This document shows, one piece after another, positions 1 to 9,572 of a stretch of DNA of 64,000 nt. The stretch's first letter is position 1; each line of letters starts with the position of its first letter. Below the pieces are notes generated by a model that was not told where the DNA came from, ran no database searches, and worked only from the letters and a program-made list of their open reading frames with translations. This DNA comes from Alphaproteobacteria bacterium (GTDB lineage Bacteria > Pseudomonadota > Alphaproteobacteria > UBA828), in contig CAXXMU010000008.1 of NCBI GenBank assembly GCA_963667785.2, forward strand, positions 1 to 64,000, given 5' to 3'. Both the position numbers and the translations under genes were made by a program.

Positions 1-25
1 GTCCTAACCTCTAGACGAAGGGGTC
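1..25 (-). tRNA. 5' part of a tRNA, probably tRNA-Glu (truncated by the window edge)
   Basis: The reverse complement reads GACCCCTTCGTCTAGAGGTTAGGAC: a 7-nt acceptor arm plus a D-arm (GTCT...GGAC) typical of bacterial tRNA-Glu. It lies just downstream of recJ. The anticodon is outside the window. Confidence 0.75.
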
Positions 26-44
26 CACGCCTTGGGCCGCGCCA

Positions 45-72
45 TGTATAAGGCGCGGTGCGGCGGAATCAA
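45..72 (-). promoter_or_regulatory. Putative sigma70 promoter of the tRNA
   Basis: Minus strand TTGATT-N16-TATACA about 20 nt upstream of the tRNA 5' end. Confidence 0.45.
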
Positions 73-110
73 GGGCCATCGCGGGCGATCGGGGGCGGTC
101 GGGGGCCAGA

Positions 111-1925
111 TCACGGCGGCCCGCCATCGGCCTGCGCGGGCGCCGGCGCGGCGTCGTCGACGTGAAGTTCGACTGCGCGGGAGCCCCGGCGGCGGTCGAG
201 GCGGAGTCGGCCCGCCAGGTGGAAAGGCTCGCCCGCGCCCGCGAGCAGCGCAGTGCCCAGCGCGTTGTCGGCCGAGCGAAAGGCGATGCCCTTGAGCCGC
301 CTGCCGGACGCGCCCGCGAGCTGACAGCGCACGTGGCCGCGCCCCACGATATCGGCGTGGAGCAGCCGGGCGCCGGCGACGGCGAAGCGGGGCTCGGGAT
401 TGCCGGCGCCGTAAGGGCCGGCCGCCTCCAGCATCTCCAGCAGGTCCGCCGTCGCGCCTTCCACGGCGAGCGCGCCGTCGAGGCCGAGGCCGCGGGCTGC
501 GGCCGACTCGTCCGCGCCGGCGAGGCGGGAGCGGAGAAAGTCCGAGAGCGCCTCCAGCCGCGACCGCTCGACGGTGAAGCCCGCCGCCATCGGATGGCCG
601 CCGCCGTTCACCAGCAGGCCCGCCTGTCGCGCGGCGGTGACGGCGGCGCCGATATCCGTGCCCGGCACCGAGCGACAGGAGGCCTTGCCGATGCCGTCTT
701 CCCAGGCGACGACGATGGCCGGCCGGTCGTGGCGCTCCCGCAGCCGGCTGGCGACGATGCCGATCACGCCGGCGTGCCAGGTCTCGCCGTGGGCGAGGAC
801 GAAGGGGGCGGGCGACGGGTCCGCGTCGGCCGCGTGCGCCACCTGCTCGATGGCCTCCTCCAGCACCGCCTGCTCGATCGCCTGGCGCTCGCGGTTCAGC
901 GCATCGAGGCGGCGCGCGATCTCGTCTGCCTGGGCCTCGTCCTCGGTGCTCAGGAGGCGGGCGCCGAGGCTCGCTTCGCCCACCCGGCCGCCGGCGTTGA
1001 CGCGGGGGCCGAGAATGAAGCCGAGGTGATAGACCCCCGGCGGCTCCTCCAGCCCGGCGATGTCGCCGAGCGCCCTCAGCCCCGTGTTGCGTCGCCGCCG
1101 CATGACCGTGAGCCCCTGGCGCACGAACGCGCGGTTGACGCCGGTGAGCGGCACCACGTCGCAGACGGTGCCGAGCGCCACCAGGTCGAGCCATTGCATC
1201 AGGTCGGGCTCCGTGCGCCCCGTGCGCTCGCGATACCAGCCCGCCTCGCGCAGGCGCCGGTTGAGCCCGACGACGAGGAGGAAGGCCACGCCGACCGCGG
1301 CGAGCTGGCGGTGGGGGCTCTCCTCGTCCAGCCGGTTGGGGTCGATGACGGCGGAGGCGCGGGGCAGCTTCGCCTCGGCGATGTGGTGGTCCACCACGAT
1401 CACGTCGAGGCCGGCGTCGGCGGCATCGGCCAGCGCGTCGAAGGCGGAGATCCCGCAGTCGACGGTGACGACCACGGCCACGCCTTCGCCCGCGAGCTGG
1501 CGCATGGCGGCGGCGTTCGGCCCGTAGCCCTCGCGCAGGCGGTCGGGGATGTAGACCACGGGCGCCGTGCCCACAGCCTGGAAGAAGCGGCTGAGCAGCG
1601 CGGCCGAGGTGGCGCCGTCCACGTCGTAGTCGCCGAAGACCGCGATCTTCTCGCCGGCCTCGAGCGCGGCCGCGAGCCGCGCCACGGCCTTGTCCATGTC
1701 GCGCAGGTGCAGCGGGTCGGGCAGGAGGCGGCGGAGCGTCGGCTCCAGATATGCCGGCGCATCGTCGGCCGCCACACCTCGGGCGGCCAGCACGCGGCCG
1801 ATCAGCTCCGGCACCTCGATGGCCTGGGCCAGCGCGAGGCCGGCTCGGGAATCGGCGAGCCGCGCCCGCCAGCGTCTGCCGAGCAGCGATCGCTCGACGC
1901 CGAGCATCGCCGCCCCGTCGCTCAT
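111..1925 (-). CDS. recJ: Single-stranded-DNA-specific exonuclease RecJ
   Basis: GDYDVDG, TVDCG, VVDHH (DHH), PRVNAGGR and GGHPMAAG motifs. Confidence 0.97.
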   Translation of the reverse strand: MSDGAAMLGVERSLLGRRWRARLADSRAGLALAQAIEVPELIGRVLAARGVAADDAPAYLEPTLRRLLPDPLHLRDMDKAVARLAAALEAGEKIAVFGDYDVDGATSAALLSRFFQAVGTAPVVYIPDRLREGYGPNAAAMRQLAGEGVAVVVTVDCGISAFDALADAADAGLDVIVVDHHIAEAKLPRASAVIDPNRLDEESPHRQLAAVGVAFLLVVGLNRRLREAGWYRERTGRTEPDLMQWLDLVALGTVCDVVPLTGVNRAFVRQGLTVMRRRRNTGLRALGDIAGLEEPPGVYHLGFILGPRVNAGGRVGEASLGARLLSTEDEAQADEIARRLDALNRERQAIEQAVLEEAIEQVAHAADADPSPAPFVLAHGETWHAGVIGIVASRLRERHDRPAIVVAWEDGIGKASCRSVPGTDIGAAVTAARQAGLLVNGGGHPMAAGFTVERSRLEALSDFLRSRLAGADESAAARGLGLDGALAVEGATADLLEMLEAAGPYGAGNPEPRFAVAGARLLHADIVGRGHVRCQLAGASGRRLKGIAFRSADNALGTALLAGAGEPFHLAGRLRLDRRRGSRAVELHVDDAAPAPAQADGGPP

Positions 1926-1946
1926 CGCCTCACGTCTTGGCGCGCA

Positions 1947-2933
1947 TCACCCGCCGATACGTGCGGGCGCGCGGGAGAAGTCGTGCTCGGCGTCGATCAT
2001 CCGCACGGTGCCGGTGCGCGAGCGCATGACGACCGAGTTGGTCCGCGCGCCGTGGGGCAGGCGCGAGACGCCGCGCAGCATGGCGCCGTCGGTGACCCCG
2101 GTGGCACAGAACATCACGTCGCCGCCGGCGAGCTCGTGCAGGCCGTACTTGCGATCGAGGTCCGTCACCCCCATCGCCCGGGCGCGCCTCTTCTCGTCGT
2201 CGTTGCGAAAGACGAGCCGGCCCATCATCTGGCCGCCGATGCAGCGCAGCGCCGCGGCCGCCAGCACGCCCTCGGGCGCGCCGCCGATGCCCATGTAGAT
2301 GTCGACGGTGCGGTTGAGCCGGGTGGTCGCGATCACGCCGGCGACATCGCCGTCCCGGATGAGCTGGATGCGGGCGCTGGTCTCCCGCACCTTGGCGATC
2401 AGCTCCTGGTGCCGGGGCCGGTCCAGGATCAGGACGGTGAGCTCGTTGACATCGCAGGCCTTGGCCCTGGCGAGCTTCGCGAGCGTGGTGGCCGGCGGGT
2501 CGTCGAGGTCGATCAGCTCGTCCGGCAGCCCGTCGCCCACGGCGATCTTGTCCATGTAGGTGTCCGGCGCGGCGAGGAAGCCGCCCTTCTCGGCCATGGC
2601 GAGGACGGCGAGCGCGTTGGGGCCGCCGGTCGCGCAGATGGTGGTGCCTTCCAGCGGGTCGAGCGCGACGTCGAGGTCGGGTCCCTTGCCGGTGCCGACG
2701 GTCTCGCCGATGTAGAGCATGGGCGCCTCGTCCCGCTCGCCCTCGCCGATCACCACCGTGCCGGCGATATCGAGCGCGTTGAGGCCGCTCCGCATGGCAT
2801 CGACGGCGGCCTGGTCGGCGGCGATCTCGTCGCCCCGGCCGATCAGCCTGGCCGCCGCGCGGGCCGCGGCCTCGGTCACGCGCACGGCATCGAGCGCCAG
2901 GTTCCGGTCGAGGGAGATCGCCTCTTCGCTCAT
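1947..2933 (-). CDS. glpX: Class II fructose-1,6-bisphosphatase
   Basis: RVTEAAA, VVIGEGERDEAPMLYIGE, DPLEGT, GAPEGVLAAAA. Confidence 0.97.
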   Translation of the reverse strand: MSEEAISLDRNLALDAVRVTEAAARAAARLIGRGDEIAADQAAVDAMRSGLNALDIAGTVVIGEGERDEAPMLYIGETVGTGKGPDLDVALDPLEGTTICATGGPNALAVLAMAEKGGFLAAPDTYMDKIAVGDGLPDELIDLDDPPATTLAKLARAKACDVNELTVLILDRPRHQELIAKVRETSARIQLIRDGDVAGVIATTRLNRTVDIYMGIGGAPEGVLAAAALRCIGGQMMGRLVFRNDDEKRRARAMGVTDLDRKYGLHELAGGDVMFCATGVTDGAMLRGVSRLPHGARTNSVVMRSRTGTVRMIDAEHDFSRAPARIGG

Positions 2934-2941
2934 GGATGCCC

Positions 2942-4249
2942 CTAGAACGCCTCGATCCGGATCATGCGCGGCGGCTCCAGCACCGCGTCGAGACGGTCGA
3001 TCGCGGCCAGCGTGCGCACCACCGCCGCTTCGTCGGCCTCATGGGTTGTGAGCACCACCGGGACCAGCTCGCCGGGGTTGCGCCCGCGCTGCAGCATGGC
3101 CTCGACGGAGACCTGCTCGTCGCGCAGGCAGGCGGCGATGCCGGCGATCACGCCCGGCCGGTCCACCACCATCAGGCGAATGTAGTAGGCGCCGACATGG
3201 TGGTCCATGGGCCTCGCCGCGGGCCGGTGCCCGGCCCCCGCAGCGGCGGGGAAGGCCGGCATGATCTGCCCCCGCGCGATGTCGACGAGGTCGGCCACCA
3301 CGGCCGATGCCGTGGGGCCGGCGCCGGCGCCCGGCCCTTCGAACAGCGCGCTCCCGATCCGGTCGCCCTCGGCTACCACGGCATTGAAGACGCCGTCGAC
3401 GCGGGCGATGGGCGCGGTCTCGCGGATCATGCAGGGGTGCACGCGCTGGGTGATGCCGGCCTCGCCGGTGCGCGCGATGCCGAGCAGCTTGATCCGGTAG
3501 CCGAGCTCGATGGCGAAGCCGATGTCGAGCGCGCTGACGTGGCGGATGCCCTCGACGTGCACGGAGTCGAAGTCCACCGGGCAGCCGAAGACGACGCTGG
3601 TGAGGATGGCGAGCTTGTGGGCCGCGTCGATCCCGTCGATGTCGGTCGACGGGTCGGCCTCGGCATAGCCGAGCCGCTGCGCCTCCGCGAGCACGGAGTC
3701 GAACTCCTGCGCCTGGCCCGCCCGCACGGATTCGTGCATCTCCGTCATGATGTAGTTGCAGGTGCCGTTCAGGATCCCGTAGACGCCGCCGATGCGGTTG
3801 CCGGCCAGGCCCTCGCGCAGCGCCTTGACGATGGGAATGCCGCCGGCGACCGCCGCTTCGTATCCGAGGTGGCGGCCCGCCTGCCGGGCGGCGTCCGCCA
3901 GCGCCGCGCCGTGATGGGCGAGCAGCGCCTTGTTGGCGGTGACCAGGTGCTTGCCGCTGGCGAAGGCTGCTTCCGACAGCGCGCGTGCGGTGCCTTCCGA
4001 GCCGCCGATCAGCTCGACGACGACCTCGACGGCGGGGTCGGCGGCCAGCGCCACCGCGTCATCCCGCCAGTCGAGCCCGGCGAGGGCGACGCCGCGCTCC
4101 TTGCTCCTGTCGCGCGCGGAGACCGCGACCACCTCGATGCGCCGGCCCGTCCGCTGTTCCAGCAGCGCCGCGTTGTCGCGCAGGAGCGCGAGCACGCCGC
4201 AACCGACCGTGCCCAGCCCGGCGATGCCGATACGCAGCGAATCAGGCAT
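2942..4249 (-). CDS. hom: Homoserine dehydrogenase with C-terminal ACT domain
   Basis: GLGTVG, VTANKA, EAAVAGGIP, GILNGTCNY, GPGAG, DRPGV. Confidence 0.97.
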   Translation of the reverse strand: MPDSLRIGIAGLGTVGCGVLALLRDNAALLEQRTGRRIEVVAVSARDRSKERGVALAGLDWRDDAVALAADPAVEVVVELIGGSEGTARALSEAAFASGKHLVTANKALLAHHGAALADAARQAGRHLGYEAAVAGGIPIVKALREGLAGNRIGGVYGILNGTCNYIMTEMHESVRAGQAQEFDSVLAEAQRLGYAEADPSTDIDGIDAAHKLAILTSVVFGCPVDFDSVHVEGIRHVSALDIGFAIELGYRIKLLGIARTGEAGITQRVHPCMIRETAPIARVDGVFNAVVAEGDRIGSALFEGPGAGAGPTASAVVADLVDIARGQIMPAFPAAAGAGHRPAARPMDHHVGAYYIRLMVVDRPGVIAGIAACLRDEQVSVEAMLQRGRNPGELVPVVLTTHEADEAAVVRTLAAIDRLDAVLEPPRMIRIEAF

Positions 4250-4326
4250 GGGTGCGTGTGTCGTCCTGCGTGGTCAGCGGTTGGTCACGACGGGGTGGAG
4301 GTCTCGGTCAGCCGGGGCGCCGGCCG

Positions 4327-4743
4327 TCAGGCGCCATCGGGCAGCGGTGCGTCGGCCGCCGCCGGGGCTGGCCGATAGATGGCCCGGACCTGCCCGTTGC
4401 CGGCCGCGTCCCGCTCGCGGATCGCCGCGGCCGTGCGCTGCGCCGCGTCACGCTCCGCCTCGAGCGCTGCGGTGAGCGCGGCGCGCTCGTCTGCGCTCGA
4501 CACGGCGGGCGCTGTGGTCGGCACCTCGTGGAGGGAGCGGTAGGAGGCATCCTCGGAGGGAGCCTCGCCGTCCTCGACCTCGACGAGCAGGTCGCCGACG
4601 TCGCTGACGACGCCTGCGGCCGTCCCGCAGCCGCCGGCGAGGAGGCCCAGAACGATCGGCCCGAGCGCGAGTCGCGCCAGCGGCCCGATCCGCCCCTGCC
4701 TGCGGGTCGTCGCCTTCGACCTGGATGCGTCGGGCTGGTCCAT
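4327..4743 (-). CDS. Hypothetical protein, possibly a lipoprotein (138 aa)
   Basis: Starts at MDQPD. Basic N-region, hydrophobic stretch ending LLAGGC, then an Ala/Glu/Arg helix. Fills the gap between hom and phaC. Confidence 0.6.
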   Translation of the reverse strand: MDQPDASRSKATTRRQGRIGPLARLALGPIVLGLLAGGCGTAAGVVSDVGDLLVEVEDGEAPSEDASYRSLHEVPTTAPAVSSADERAALTAALEAERDAAQRTAAAIRERDAAGNGQVRAIYRPAPAAADAPLPDGA

Positions 4744-4888
4744 GGGGCGCTTTCCTGCGTGGCGGGCGAGGGCCGGCAGGCGCCGGCATTGAGAACGATC
4801 CGTCTCACCGGTAGCATATACGCGATTCCGCTCAATCGCCATCGCGGGCGCTCCCGAGCCGTCCGCGGTACCCGACTGGACCCGAGAC

Positions 4889-6679
4889 ATGCCCGAAGAC
4901 TCGTCCGCCGCACGGCCGGCGGAAGCCGACATGGCCGACCGGCTCGCCGCAATCGCGGCGCAGAGCCAGCGCATCGCCGCCCGCTTCCTGGAACGCCAGG
5001 CGGCGGCCGCGCCCGGTTCCGACCCGCTCAACCTGAGCGGCGCGTTCCTCGCCATGGCGCGGAGTCTCGCCGCCGACCCGTCGCCGCTGATCGACGCCCA
5101 GATGCGCTGGTGGGAGGGTTCCATCCGGCTCTGGCAGCAGAGCGCAGACCGCCTGCGAGGCGAGGAGCCGGCGGCCGAACCGGTGGCCGCGCCCGCGCCG
5201 GACGACCGGCGCTTCCGCGATCCGGCGTGGACCGAGAGCTGGTTCTTCGACCACCTGAAGCAGTCCTACCTGCTGACGGCCGCCTGCATTCAGTCGGCGG
5301 TGTGCGACCTGCGCGGACTGGACGAGAAGGATGCCGCGAAGCTCGCCTTCTACACGCGCCAATTCGTCGACGCCATGGCGCCGACCAACGTGCTCGCCAC
5401 CAACCCCCGGGCGCTCAGGGAGACGGTCGAGACGAAGGGCGAGAACTTGCTCAAGGGCCTCGGCAACCTGCTCGACGACCTCGAGCGCAACGACGGCCGC
5501 TTCGCGCCCCGCATGTCGGACGAGAGCCACTTCACCCTGGGCGAGAGCCTCGCGGCGACGCCGGGAAAGGTGGTCTTCCAGAACGACCTCATGCAGCTCA
5601 TCCAGTATGCGCCGAGCACCGAGACGGTATTCCGCCGGCCGCTGCTCGTCGTGCCGCCCTGGATCAACAAGTACTACGTGCTCGATCTCAGGCCTGAGAA
5701 CTCCTTCGTCCGCTGGGCGGTGGCGAAGGGATACACCGTCTTCATGATCTCGTGGGTCAACCCGGACGAGCGGCTCAGCCACAAGACCTTCGAGGACTAC
5801 ATGACGGAGGGCCCGTTTGCTGCCCTCGACGCCATCGAGCAGGCCACGGGCGAGCGCGAGGCCGCGCTGATCGGCTACTGCCTCGGCGGCACGCTCGCGG
5901 CGGCGACGCTTGCCTGCATGGCGGCCCGCGGCGACCGGCGGGCCAGGAGCGCGACCTTCTTCGCCTCCCTCGTCGACTTCGCCCGGCCCGGGGACCTCGG
6001 CGTCTTCATCGACGACGCCCAGCTCTCCTCGCTCGACGACATGATGGCGGAGACGGGCTATCTCGACGGCCGCCACATGGCGACGACCTTCAGCATGCTG
6101 CGCGCCAACGACCTGATCTGGTCGTTCGTGGTCAACAACTACCTGCTCGGCCGGGAGCCGCTGCCCTTCGACCTGCTCTTCTGGAACTCGGATTCCACCC
6201 GGATGCCGGCGGCGATGCACGGCTACTACCTGCGCACGATGTACCGGGACAACCTGCTGCGGGAGTCGGGCGGCCTCACTCTGGACGGCGTTCCGGTCGA
6301 CCTCCGCCGCGTCGAGGTGCCTACCTACGTCGTCGCGACTCGGGAGGACCACATCGCGCCGTGGCAGGCCTGCTTCGCCGCCTGCGGCCTCTACCGGGGG
6401 CAGCGGCGCTTCGTCCTGGGCGCCTCGGGCCACATCGCCGGCATCATCAATCCGCCCGACGGCGGCAAGTACGGTTACTGGACGGGGCCCGTGCTGGACG
6501 CCCAGGACGCCGACGCCTGGCTCGCCGACGCCGAGCACCGCGAGGGCTCCTGGTGGAACGACTGGCACGCCTGGCAGCGCCGCCGCGCCGGCGGCAGGAA
6601 GGTAGCGGTGCGGATTCCCGGCGGGGGCGGGCTCAGTCCGATCGAGGACGCGCCGGGCGCCTACGTGCAGGCCCCGTGA
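4889..6679 (+). CDS. phaC: Class I poly(R)-hydroxyalkanoate synthase
   Basis: DRRF, TPGKVV, PPWINKYYVLDL, lipase box GYCLGG, DHIAPW, SGHIAG, GSWW. Confidence 0.97.
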   Translation: MPEDSSAARPAEADMADRLAAIAAQSQRIAARFLERQAAAAPGSDPLNLSGAFLAMARSLAADPSPLIDAQMRWWEGSIRLWQQSADRLRGEEPAAEPVAAPAPDDRRFRDPAWTESWFFDHLKQSYLLTAACIQSAVCDLRGLDEKDAAKLAFYTRQFVDAMAPTNVLATNPRALRETVETKGENLLKGLGNLLDDLERNDGRFAPRMSDESHFTLGESLAATPGKVVFQNDLMQLIQYAPSTETVFRRPLLVVPPWINKYYVLDLRPENSFVRWAVAKGYTVFMISWVNPDERLSHKTFEDYMTEGPFAALDAIEQATGEREAALIGYCLGGTLAAATLACMAARGDRRARSATFFASLVDFARPGDLGVFIDDAQLSSLDDMMAETGYLDGRHMATTFSMLRANDLIWSFVVNNYLLGREPLPFDLLFWNSDSTRMPAAMHGYYLRTMYRDNLLRESGGLTLDGVPVDLRRVEVPTYVVATREDHIAPWQACFAACGLYRGQRRFVLGASGHIAGIINPPDGGKYGYWTGPVLDAQDADAWLADAEHREGSWWNDWHAWQRRRAGGRKVAVRIPGGGGLSPIEDAPGAYVQAP

Positions 6680-7259
6680 GCGGCGCCCCTGTCGGTCCCC
6701 GCGTCGATGACCGAGTCGATGCCCGCTGCGGCGGGCCCGAGGCCGCGCGGTACTCGGCGGTGCGGTTCGCATAGCGCCGGGCGATGATCTCGATGGTCTC
6801 GCGCTCGGCGTTGCTCACCATGCGCACGGCCTTCGCCGGCCGCCCCATCCACATCTCGCCGCTCTTCACGCGCTTGCCCGGCGTCACCAGCGCGCCGGCG
6901 GCGACCCAGGCGCCGGGCTCCACCACCGCATAGTCCATGACGGTGGCGCCCATGCCGATCATGCAGCCGTCTTCCAGAATGCAGGCGTGCAGCAGGCACA
7001 TGTGACCCACCACCACGCCGTCGCCGATGAGAGTGGGGCCGTCGGCGGTGGCGGTGTGGACGATCGTGCCGTCCTGGACGTTGCTGCGCGCGCCGATACG
7101 GATGTGGTTCACGTCGCCGCGCAGGACGCAGTTGAACCAGACGCTCGACCGCTCCCCCATCACGACGTCGCCGATCACGCTGCTGCCGGCGGCGACGAAG
7201 GCGCTCGGCGCCACCTGGGGCCAGCGGTAGCGATAGGGGAGCAGCAGACCGGCGGCCAT
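6633..7259 (-). CDS. Gamma carbonic anhydrase family (YrdA/PaaY-like hexapeptide-repeat) protein
   Basis: VIGDV, LRGD, SNVQDG, Zn-binding His in IVHT and GHMCLLH; start at MAAGLL. Confidence 0.9.
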   Translation of the reverse strand: MAAGLLLPYRYRWPQVAPSAFVAAGSSVIGDVVMGERSSVWFNCVLRGDVNHIRIGARSNVQDGTIVHTATADGPTLIGDGVVVGHMCLLHACILEDGCMIGMGATVMDYAVVEPGAWVAAGALVTPGKRVKSGEMWMGRPAKAVRMVSNAERETIEIIARRYANRTAEYRAASGPPQRASTRSSTRGPTGAPLTGPARRRPARPRSD

Positions 7260-7267
7260 CCGCCTGC

Positions 7268-8326
7268 CTAGGGGAAGAGCGGCGCCTGCTCGAGTCCGGT
7301 CGTCTCCGGCAGGGCGTGCATCAGGTTCATGTTCTGGATCGCCTGGCCGGAGGCGCCCTTGACCAGGTTGTCGATGGCCGAGATCAGGATGGCGCGGCCC
7401 TCGATGCGGTCGTCGAAGACGCCGATCAGGCAGTGGTTGGAGCCCCGCACGTGGCGCGTCGCAGGCGCCGAGCCCGCCGCGAGAACGCGCACGAAGGGCT
7501 CGTCGGCGTAACGCGCGGCCAGCGAAGCGCGCAGGGCATCGGCGCCGGCGTCGCTGCGGACGTAGATCGTCGCCAGTATGCCCCGGTTCATCGGCATGAG
7601 GTGGGGCGTGAAGTTGACGCGCACGGGCGTGCCGGCCGCGGCCGAGAGGCCCTGCTCGATCTCGGGCGCATGGCGGTGCCGGGCGATGCCGTAGGCGTGC
7701 ACGCCCTCGCCGACCTCGGCGAAGAGGCTCGCCTCCTTCGCCTCGCGGCCGGCGCCGGAGACGCCTGACTTGGCGTCGATGATGATGTCGTCGCTCTCGA
7801 TCAGCCCCTCTTCGAGCAGCGGCGCCAGCGGCAACTGCGCTGCGGTGGGGTAGCAGCCGGGGTTCGCCACCAGGCGGGCGCTTTCGACGCCGTTTCGCGC
7901 GAGCTCGGTCAGCCCGTAGACCGCCTCGGCCTGCAGCGCCGTGGCGCCGTGTGCGCGCCCGTACCAGGTGGCGTAGACGGCCGGATCCGCGAGCCGAAAG
8001 TCCGCCGAGAGGTCCACCACCTTGAGATGGCCGGGGAGTGCGGCGATCACCTCCTGCGTGGTGCCGTGGGGCAGGCAGCAGAAGACCGCGTCGAGCCCGT
8101 CCCAGGCGGCGTCCTCGATCCTCACCAGGTCGGGGAAGCCCGCGCCCTCGAGATGGGGAAAGACCGCGCCGAGGCTCCGGCCCGCGCGCCGCTCGGCGGT
8201 GAGCAGGCCCACCGAGAAGCCGTCGTGGCACGCCAGCAGGCGCAGCAGCTCGCCGCCGGTATAGCCGCTCGCGCCGAGCACGCCGACGCGCGCGGTATTG
8301 CCCTTGCCGGGCGGGGAAAGGCTCAT
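7268..8326 (-). CDS. argC: N-acetyl-gamma-glutamyl-phosphate reductase
   Basis: GASGYTG, DLSADFRL, ANPGCYPT, SGVSGAGR, DNLVKGASGQA. Confidence 0.97.
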   Translation of the reverse strand: MSLSPPGKGNTARVGVLGASGYTGGELLRLLACHDGFSVGLLTAERRAGRSLGAVFPHLEGAGFPDLVRIEDAAWDGLDAVFCCLPHGTTQEVIAALPGHLKVVDLSADFRLADPAVYATWYGRAHGATALQAEAVYGLTELARNGVESARLVANPGCYPTAAQLPLAPLLEEGLIESDDIIIDAKSGVSGAGREAKEASLFAEVGEGVHAYGIARHRHAPEIEQGLSAAAGTPVRVNFTPHLMPMNRGILATIYVRSDAGADALRASLAARYADEPFVRVLAAGSAPATRHVRGSNHCLIGVFDDRIEGRAILISAIDNLVKGASGQAIQNMNLMHALPETTGLEQAPLFP

Positions 8327-8399
8327 GGGTCGTCTGCCGCGATCGTGGGAGCCGGGACGGGGACGCGCATCGGCCGCGCCGCTGCCGGCACCCCCCGGC

Positions 8400-8882
8400 T
8401 CAGCGCTTCGAGAACTGGAAGCTGCGCCGTGCCTTGCGCTTGCCGTACTTCTTGCGCTCCACGACGCGGCTGTCGCGGGTGAGGAAACCGCCGGACTTGA
8501 GCATCTTGCGGAGCGTCGGCTCGCGCGCCGCGAGCGCCCGGCTGATGCCGTGCCTGAGCGCGCCGGCCTGGCCCGAGAGGCCACCGCCCTTGACGGTGCA
8601 GATGACGTCGTACTGCGTGCGGCGGCCGACCAGCTCCGCCGGCTGGTTGATGATCATCCGCAGCGCCGGGCGCGCGAAGTAGTCCTCCACCGAGCGCTTG
8701 TTGACCGTGATCGTTCCGATGCCGGGCCTGAGCCAGACCCGCGCGACCGCGTCCTTGCGCTTGCCGGTCGAGTAGGTGCGGCCCATGCGGTCGATCTGCG
8801 GCTCGGGCTCGATCTCGACATCGGGCCTCGCGACCTCGCCGAGCTCGGCAAGGCTGGTCAGTGTCTTCGCCTCGTCAGCCAC
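8400..8882 (-). CDS. rpsI: 30S ribosomal protein S9
   Basis: [16 protein letters not shown]-terminal VERKKYG...QFSKR. Confidence 0.98.
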   Translation of the reverse strand: MADEAKTLTSLAELGEVARPDVEIEPEPQIDRMGRTYSTGKRKDAVARVWLRPGIGTITVNKRSVEDYFARPALRMIINQPAELVGRRTQYDVICTVKGGGLSGQAGALRHGISRALAAREPTLRKMLKSGGFLTRDSRVVERKKYGKRKARRSFQFSKR

Positions 8883-9357
8883 GCAGCGCGCTCCTCCGGT
8901 TCTTCGGATTCATCGCGGCGACGTCGAGGGGCTCGGGCTGCTGCGCCTCGTGCGGATGGTCCGGGCCGGCGTAGACCTTGAGGTTCGCCATCTGCTGGCG
9001 GCCCAAGGGGCCCTTGGGAATCATCCGCTGCACCGCCTTAACCACCACCGTCTCCGGCCGCTTGCCGTCCAGGATGCGGGCCGCAGAGCGGGTCTTGAGC
9101 CCGCCGGGATAGCCGGTGTGGTGGTGGTAGAGCTTGTCTTCCCGCTTGCGTCCGGTGAGCCGCACCTTGCCCGCGTTGACGATGATGATGTTGTCGCCGC
9201 AGTCCATGTGCGGGGTGTAGCTCGGCTTGTGCTTGCCGCGCAGGCGCATCGCCACGACGCTGGCGAGCCGGCCGAGGACCACGTCTTCCGCGTCAACCAG
9301 CATCCACTTCTTCTCGATGGTGGCGGGCGTGGCCGAGAAGGTCTTCATTGCACTCAC
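8875..9357 (-). CDS. rplM: 50S ribosomal protein L13 (start may be ATG at 9348)
   Basis: [38 protein letters not shown]. Confidence 0.98.
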   Translation of the reverse strand: MSAMKTFSATPATIEKKWMLVDAEDVVLGRLASVVAMRLRGKHKPSYTPHMDCGDNIIIVNAGKVRLTGRKREDKLYHHHTGYPGGLKTRSAARILDGKRPETVVVKAVQRMIPKGPLGRQQMANLKVYAGPDHPHEAQQPEPLDVAAMNPKNRRSALRG

Positions 9358-9423
9358 GACGACAGGATTTGATGTGACTGCGCGCGGGCTTGCCCGGCGA
9401 TCGCCGGCCCGCGCGACGGCCGG

Positions 9424-9451
9424 AGTATGCCACAGGATCGGCCCCAGTCAA
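9424..9451 (-). promoter_or_regulatory. Putative sigma70 promoter for rplM-rpsI
   Basis: Minus strand TTGACT-N16-CATACT. Confidence 0.55.
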
Positions 9452-9572
9452 CGGCGGCGTTCCTCCGGTGCGCGCTTGCGTCTCTCCTGCTTTGACCGGA
9501 GAATGCCGCATGGTGCCGGGGAAGCGGCGGGGGCCGCCGCGGCCCGGCGCGGTCAGCGTGCGGGAGGCCGGA

